A stretch of 40,138 nucleotides of DNA, taken from positions 1 to 40,138 of IMG/VR virus record IMGVR_UViG_3300037440_000207, one strand, 5' to 3'. Positions 36,336 through 40,138 of this stretch are shown here, piece after piece. A model generated the notes under the pieces. That model had not been told where the DNA came from and did no database searches. It saw only the letters and a list, made by a program, of their open reading frames with translations. Source of the DNA: a virus (Duplodnaviria; Caudoviricetes). The position numbers were made by a program, and so were the translations under genes. The stretch's first letter is position 1, and each line of letters opens with the position of its first letter.

Positions 36336-36880
36336 CCCCATTGCTCCGCGAATGCTTCCGCTATTCCAGCGTAAGTGCGCGAACGCTCTTTCCATCTTAG
36401 CGGACTAGGTGCCATTTTATGAATTCGATCTGCGCGCCCATCCACAATACGAGATGGGACTAAATCCGGCAAACCTCTTTTCCATAATCCTGTTTTTTTA
36501 GTTTCACCGTGGCCAAACATCCAAGGTTGAATATACTGCGGACGCGGCAGTTCCGGCAATAGCGTATTGATAACCCCGACCGGGTTTTCAATACATAATT
36601 TGGCAATTGGGATTTCCCATATTCGTCTAATAAATTTAGCAGCGTCCGCGCGCTGTTGCGTTCCAGAATGCCACCTATTGCCACTGACGCAAAGATGCGT
36701 GCATGGCGGATGTGCAATAATTAAATCAAATTTTTGCAGCGGCAACGAAAACATATCTCGTTCAAAATGCCTTCCGGGTTTTTCTGTCGGCAAATAGTCA
36801 CAGCTCCAGGCATCATGCCCGCGCGCTGCAAACGCGTCTCTAACTATTCCGCTATATTCGCACGCTACTAAAACTTTCAT
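36332..36880 (-). CDS. Short phage C5-cytosine DNA methyltransferase
   Basis: VLVACEYSG, DLIIAHPPC (catalytic PC), IENP, QPW.FG, K.T.LW, RSRT..GIA.A.A.QW. Confidence 0.88.
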   Translation of the reverse strand: MKVLVACEYSGIVRDAFAARGHDAWSCDYLPTEKPGRHFERDMFSLPLQKFDLIIAHPPCTHLCVSGNRWHSGTQQRADAAKFIRRIWEIPIAKLCIENPVGVINTLLPELPRPQYIQPWMFGHGETKKTGLWKRGLPDLVPSRIVDGRADRIHKMAPSPLRWKERSRTYAGIAEAFAEQWG

Positions 36881-37236
36881 TGTTGATTTACCAAAATAGC
36901 TAATAATCGCTGCGCAACCGCATAATCACCCGCAATGATTTCTGAAAAAATATCCTGCTCATCTGGTCCCAATGTTGCGCGATACTTTGCCACATTTTTC
37001 TTTTTGAAAAATAACCATTTGAAATAAACGCCGCATTCTTCGGCTTTTGCGATATAGTGTGAGCATTTACGCAAATCTTGCACGCCGCCTTTTTCTCGCC
37101 AGCGAACAAGGTATTTTATCGCATTGCCTAGCAAAAAATGAATATTCGTATCTGTACAAAAATCCCAATGTTGATAGGCCGTGCGATAATCCGTGCGATA
37201 ATGTTTGCCGCCGATTTGGTACTGGTTTACGTCCAT
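36877..37236 (-). CDS. DUF3310 protein (T7 gp1.7-like nucleotide kinase family)
   Basis: QIGGKHY, GNAIKYLVRWREKGGVQDLRK..HY. Confidence 0.88.
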   Translation of the reverse strand: MDVNQYQIGGKHYRTDYRTAYQHWDFCTDTNIHFLLGNAIKYLVRWREKGGVQDLRKCSHYIAKAEECGVYFKWLFFKKKNVAKYRATLGPDEQDIFSEIIAGDYAVAQRLLAILVNQQ

Positions 37237-37733
37237 TATAGCTCGCCTTCAAAATATTCTACAATTTGGCTAACGCCAATTAACGATGTATAAATATCGC
37301 ACTTGCTGGTAACAACTCGCAAAATTCCCATTAGATTTATATTGCCCAGTTTCTTTTCCTTGATGCAATAGAAACCCAATTCAGCAAGATCGCAAAATTT
37401 AGCAACATTGCATTCAATATATGATAATACGGGTAAATCTATTTTGTGCGACGATTCGATGTGCATCTCAAGTGCATGAATTGCATCACCAAGCGGTTGG
37501 TTATCTGTTTTTACATACGCGGGGATATCGCCAGTGTAAAATTCATGTAAATCATGTTTTAGCATGTACAACACGACCGCCGCGCTGTTTATATCGTTGG
37601 CTACGCATATTTCATGCGCGAGTAGTGCGGCATTTGCACTGTGAGATCCATTATCATAGTGTGAAATATGCGGCATATTATGCAAGCGCGTAACTCCTAA
37701 ACCCGCGCGATACATTTTAATTTTATCTAACAT
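37236..37733 (-). CDS. HD-domain phosphohydrolase (YfbR-like deoxynucleotidase)
   Basis: VTRLH, HS, HDLHE.YTGDIP..VK, K.CD..E motifs. Confidence 0.88.
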   Translation of the reverse strand: MLDKIKMYRAGLGVTRLHNMPHISHYDNGSHSANAALLAHEICVANDINSAAVVLYMLKHDLHEFYTGDIPAYVKTDNQPLGDAIHALEMHIESSHKIDLPVLSYIECNVAKFCDLAELGFYCIKEKKLGNINLMGILRVVTSKCDIYTSLIGVSQIVEYFEGEL

Positions 37734-37966
37734 TTTTCCAATTCTCCGAATTCAAATTTTAGCATTTCCCACACTTCGACAATTAAGTCAATACAGTTTT
37801 GTTTTAGGTTTCCTCCCAAATTAATATACAAATTTACAAGCTGTTTCAGTGTTAATTTTTGGGCAACGTCCGCGATAGTTTCAATTTGCACAACTTCGTT
37901 TTGCCGCAATTCGCCCATTTCGGTAATAGGTTTTGCTGTTGCTGCGTTTATCAAATATGCAAACAT
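37727..37966 (-). CDS. Hypothetical protein
   Basis: ORF with TAATG coupling in the operon. Confidence 0.65.
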   Translation of the reverse strand: MFAYLINAATAKPITEMGELRQNEVVQIETIADVAQKLTLKQLVNLYINLGGNLKQNCIDLIVEVWEMLKFEFGELEKC

Positions 37967-38250
37967 TATTTCAGTTCCGCAATGTATTGTTTCCCGTCAA
38001 CGGTCGTTAGCTTCATATTCATAAAATGACAATTTGAATAACTCCGCCTAGTTGCGAATTTACAAAGCGCATCAATAGGTGAATAACCTTTTTGTGTTGT
38101 CACATAAATCAAATTTTTACCGTTTACTCGTTTTATATAATAAAGTTTAGCTTTGGATTTTATAAACGCAGTTATGTAATCCAAAATAATTATAGTGGCA
38201 AGCGTGGCAGTTCCCATCCATACAATGTTTTCAAGCGCTTCAACATTCAT
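37966..38250 (-). CDS. Hypothetical membrane-anchored protein
   Basis: GAGGA RBS before ATG 38250; hydrophobic IVWMGTATLATIIIL. Confidence 0.6.
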   Translation of the reverse strand: MNVEALENIVWMGTATLATIIILDYITAFIKSKAKLYYIKRVNGKNLIYVTTQKGYSPIDALCKFATRRSYSNCHFMNMKLTTVDGKQYIAELK

Positions 38251-38404
38251 TTTTAATTTCCTCTTTTTCAAGTTGTTTCGTTAGATATGTTGCAATATTC
38301 GGGCAAAATAACCATTGCTTGCGAATTACGCTAGACGTTGGCACAAACACTGGGATTGGTAATTCATCTTCACCATATAGCATTTCAAAAACTAGACTAT
38401 TCAT
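38240..38404 (-). CDS. Hypothetical protein (54 aa, MNSLVFEMLYGEDELP...)
   Basis: Manually translated; TAATG coupling to the upstream gene, AAGGA RBS; fills the operon gap. Confidence 0.55.
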   Translation of the reverse strand: MNSLVFEMLYGEDELPIPVFVPTSSVIRKQWLFCPNIATYLTKQLEKEEIKNEC

Positions 38405-38724
38405 TAGTGGGTTGTCCTTTTTACATTTTGCTCTAATTTGTATGTTTCAAAACTTAGCACAGCTGATAAACAAATTTCCCTGCTGATTTGCACAAATTGT
38501 TTAGATAATTCAATATCGCAAGTTTTACCGACCATTTCACACAAATACTTCGCATTTCTATAATACGCAACGCTCATATTTGCGCGAACATCAGCTAAAA
38601 CGTTGTCGCAATGATCACAGCACCCCTTGCGCACATTTACAAAATCAGGGCAAAAATCTTCAAGCATTTGATACGCTAAATCAAATGTCGCGTCCTCCAG
38701 CTTTTGAAATGATGTTAATTTCAC
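38404..38724 (-). CDS. Hypothetical Cys-containing protein
   Basis: ORF with GTG start in the operon; CCDHC motif. Confidence 0.6.
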   Translation of the reverse strand: MKLTSFQKLEDATFDLAYQMLEDFCPDFVNVRKGCCDHCDNVLADVRANMSVAYYRNAKYLCEMVGKTCDIELSKQFVQISREICLSAVLSFETYKLEQNVKRTTH

Positions 38725-38726
38725 TG

Positions 38727-39185
38727 TTAAAACCTATAGCGCAAGCCGATCATATCTAAGCCATAATTCGGCGAATGAATTCCAGCGCTTGAAAAGTGCA
38801 TATATTCTATTTGTACTTTTCCCAGTTCAATGCCCGCGCCAAGTCTGAAATTAACAGCGCCGCCAACCAAATGTTCGGCACCCCAAACGTGCGCAATACC
38901 GGTTCGTGCATAAACGTTTTTAAATTGAAATTTTCGCGATAGTGACGCAATCTGGATTGTTTCTCGCCGATAGGTTTTTGTATCAGGTTGCGTAAATGCG
39001 AGCTGTACTTCCCATTGATCTTGTTGTAATCCAATTTCAATGCCAGGGTTGTCAAGATTTACGCCATGTTTATATACGCCAATAAACGGTTGCGCGGCTT
39101 CGGAAAATCCGCACCATAGAACGGAAGCGCTTATAATCACGAACAATATCGTATTGATGATTATTGCATTTTTAACAATTTTCAT
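38727..39185 (-). CDS. PagL-like lipid A 3-O-deacylase (outer-membrane beta-barrel)
   Basis: Signal peptide; amphipathic beta strands; C-terminal YMHFSSAGIHSPNYGLDMIGLRYRF matches the PagL HxS(N)AG..PN.G motif with terminal Phe. Confidence 0.8.
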   Translation of the reverse strand: MKIVKNAIIINTILFVIISASVLWCGFSEAAQPFIGVYKHGVNLDNPGIEIGLQQDQWEVQLAFTQPDTKTYRRETIQIASLSRKFQFKNVYARTGIAHVWGAEHLVGGAVNFRLGAGIELGKVQIEYMHFSSAGIHSPNYGLDMIGLRYRF

Positions 39186-39200
39186 TTTTAAAGTTTCCTT

Positions 39201-39296
39201 TTACAGTGGGTATAGCCAATTAACGAAAGATTCAGCAAAAATAATAATGCTAAAGGCGAGTAGTATACAAATTGTGTGGAATTGTTTGTTGCTCAC
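39201..39296 (-). CDS. Small hydrophobic peptide (31 aa, MSNKQFHTICILLAFSIIIFAESFVNWLYPL)
   Basis: Manually translated; GAGGA RBS, GTG start, single transmembrane-like helix. Confidence 0.5.
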   Translation of the reverse strand: MSNKQFHTICILLAFSIIIFAESFVNWLYPL

Positions 39297-39354
39297 ATTA
39301 TTCCTCGCAAACTAATGAGTATTACCCAAACAATTGTGGTTCTGGCTTCAGGAT

Positions 39355-40138
39355 TCATTTCTGTTCTTTCTCCCATTCAGCAAACTCAAGAATTGATTTC
39401 TTCGCAATTTCGTTATTGCTATAAAAATCGCGAAACTCGGGGAATCGCGCAGATGACGCTTTATAAATACACATCGCGGCGAAAGGTGTTGATGTTTCTT
39501 TTTCAAGTGCTTTGCCTTTTTCTCCTGCTAATTCAACAACCCATCCGGCGCGGCAATGCGTTGTGCCGCATGGGGAATGCCATTGTGACATTTCCAGAGC
39601 GTGTATATTATTTGCAACTTTTTGATGAATATTTTCAATAATTGGAATTTCCGGCATATTTTCGCCGGTTTTGTTTTCGCACAAATGGCACAAGTGGCAC
39701 AAACGGCACGAGTCGCACGAGACGCACGAGTTGCACGAGTTGCACGAGCTGCACGAGCTGCACGAGTCGCACAAACGGCACGAGTCGCACAAACGGCACG
39801 AGTCGCACGAGTCGCACGAGTTGCACGAGTTGCACGAGTTGCACGAGTTGCACGAGTTGCACGAGTTGCACGAGCTGCACGAGCTGCACGAGTCGCACAA
39901 ACGGCACGAGTCGCACAAACGGCACGAGTCGCACGAGTTGCACGAGTTGCACGAGTTGCACGAGTTGCACGAGTTGCACGAGTTGCACGAGTTGCACGAG
40001 TTGCACAAACGGCACGAGTCGCACGAGTAGCACGAGGTGCACGAGTCGCACGAGGTGCACGAGTCGCACGAGGTGCACGAGTCGCACAAACGGCACGAGT
40101 TGCACGAGTTGCACGAGTTGCACGAGTTGCACGAGTTG
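39355..40138 (-). CDS. 3' part of Cys-x-x repeat protein, paralog B (starts at 294 across the junction)
   Basis: 39355-39680 differs from 2515-2840 at about 25 of 326 positions by manual count; same CGTTHCRAGW domain. Confidence 0.88.
   Translation of the reverse strand, partial: NSCNSCNSCNSCNSCRLCDSCTSCDSCTSCDSCTSCYSCDSCRLCNSCNSCNSCNSCNSCNSCNSCNSCDSCRLCDSCRLCDSCSSCSSCNSCNSCNSCNSCNSCNSCDSCDSCRLCDSCRLCDSCSSCSSCNSCNSCVSCDSCRLCHLCHLCENKTGENMPEIPIIENIHQKVANNIHALEMSQWHSPCGTTHCRAGWVVELAGEKGKALEKETSTPFAAMCIYKASSARFPEFRDFYSNNEIAKKSILEFAEWEKEQK
39679..40138. repeat. 9-bp tandem array B (right part)
   Basis: Read directly; duplicated higher-order block CDS CRL CDS CRL CDS CSS CSS CNS CNS. Confidence 0.95.
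40012..40138. repeat. Terminal direct repeat (right copy of 1-127)
   Basis: Identical to 1-127. Confidence 0.9.

Noticed and set aside
39355-39680. Classical DGR template/variable repeat pair with 2515-2840
   Set aside because: Differences between the flanks are not adenine-specific and include silent changes; both copies are full genes; no reverse transcriptase found
40012-40138. Biological terminal repeat of the virion DNA
   Set aside because: Length equals a common assembly k-mer and it falls mid-gene inside a tandem array; best read as circular overlap, which also makes the array B unit count uncertain

Overview
This window appears to be one complete, circularly closed genome of about 40,011 bp from a tailed dsDNA phage. 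Bases 40012-40138 repeat bases 1-127, which looks like an assembler overlap. The virion module is a contractile-tail (myovirus) type: DUF1073 portal, DUF2213 protease/scaffold, DUF2184 capsid, DUF3383 sheath, DUF3277 tube, Gp138 spike, baseplate J and DUF2612. The + strand (5088-30981) carries a Cro-like gene, primase-helicase, a probable origin, an exonuclease, packaging, head, tail and lysis genes. The - strand runs from 4919 leftward through the contig junction to 30953. It carries SutA-like, DUF1289, DUF2800 and DUF2815 genes, a PagL-like outer-membrane enzyme, HD hydrolase, DUF3310, C5 methyltransferase, dCTP deaminase, family-B polymerase, VRR-NUC and an SNF2 helicase. I saw no integrase, tRNA or CRISPR array. 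A Gram-negative, probably gammaproteobacterial, host is inferred. Most unusual features: (1) two gene-exact paralogs built on variable 9-bp arrays encoding about 49 and about 56 Cys-x-x repeats; (2) a large terminase split at a CTT-TAG site followed by hairpins; (3) a perfect 16-bp inverted repeat covering the small terminase start codon; (4) a pseudoknot-like element before the tail chaperone; (5) three adjacent genes sharing an N-terminal peptide; (6) a nucleotide-metabolism cluster that could support a non-canonical base. All family assignments are motif recognition by eye, not database searches.
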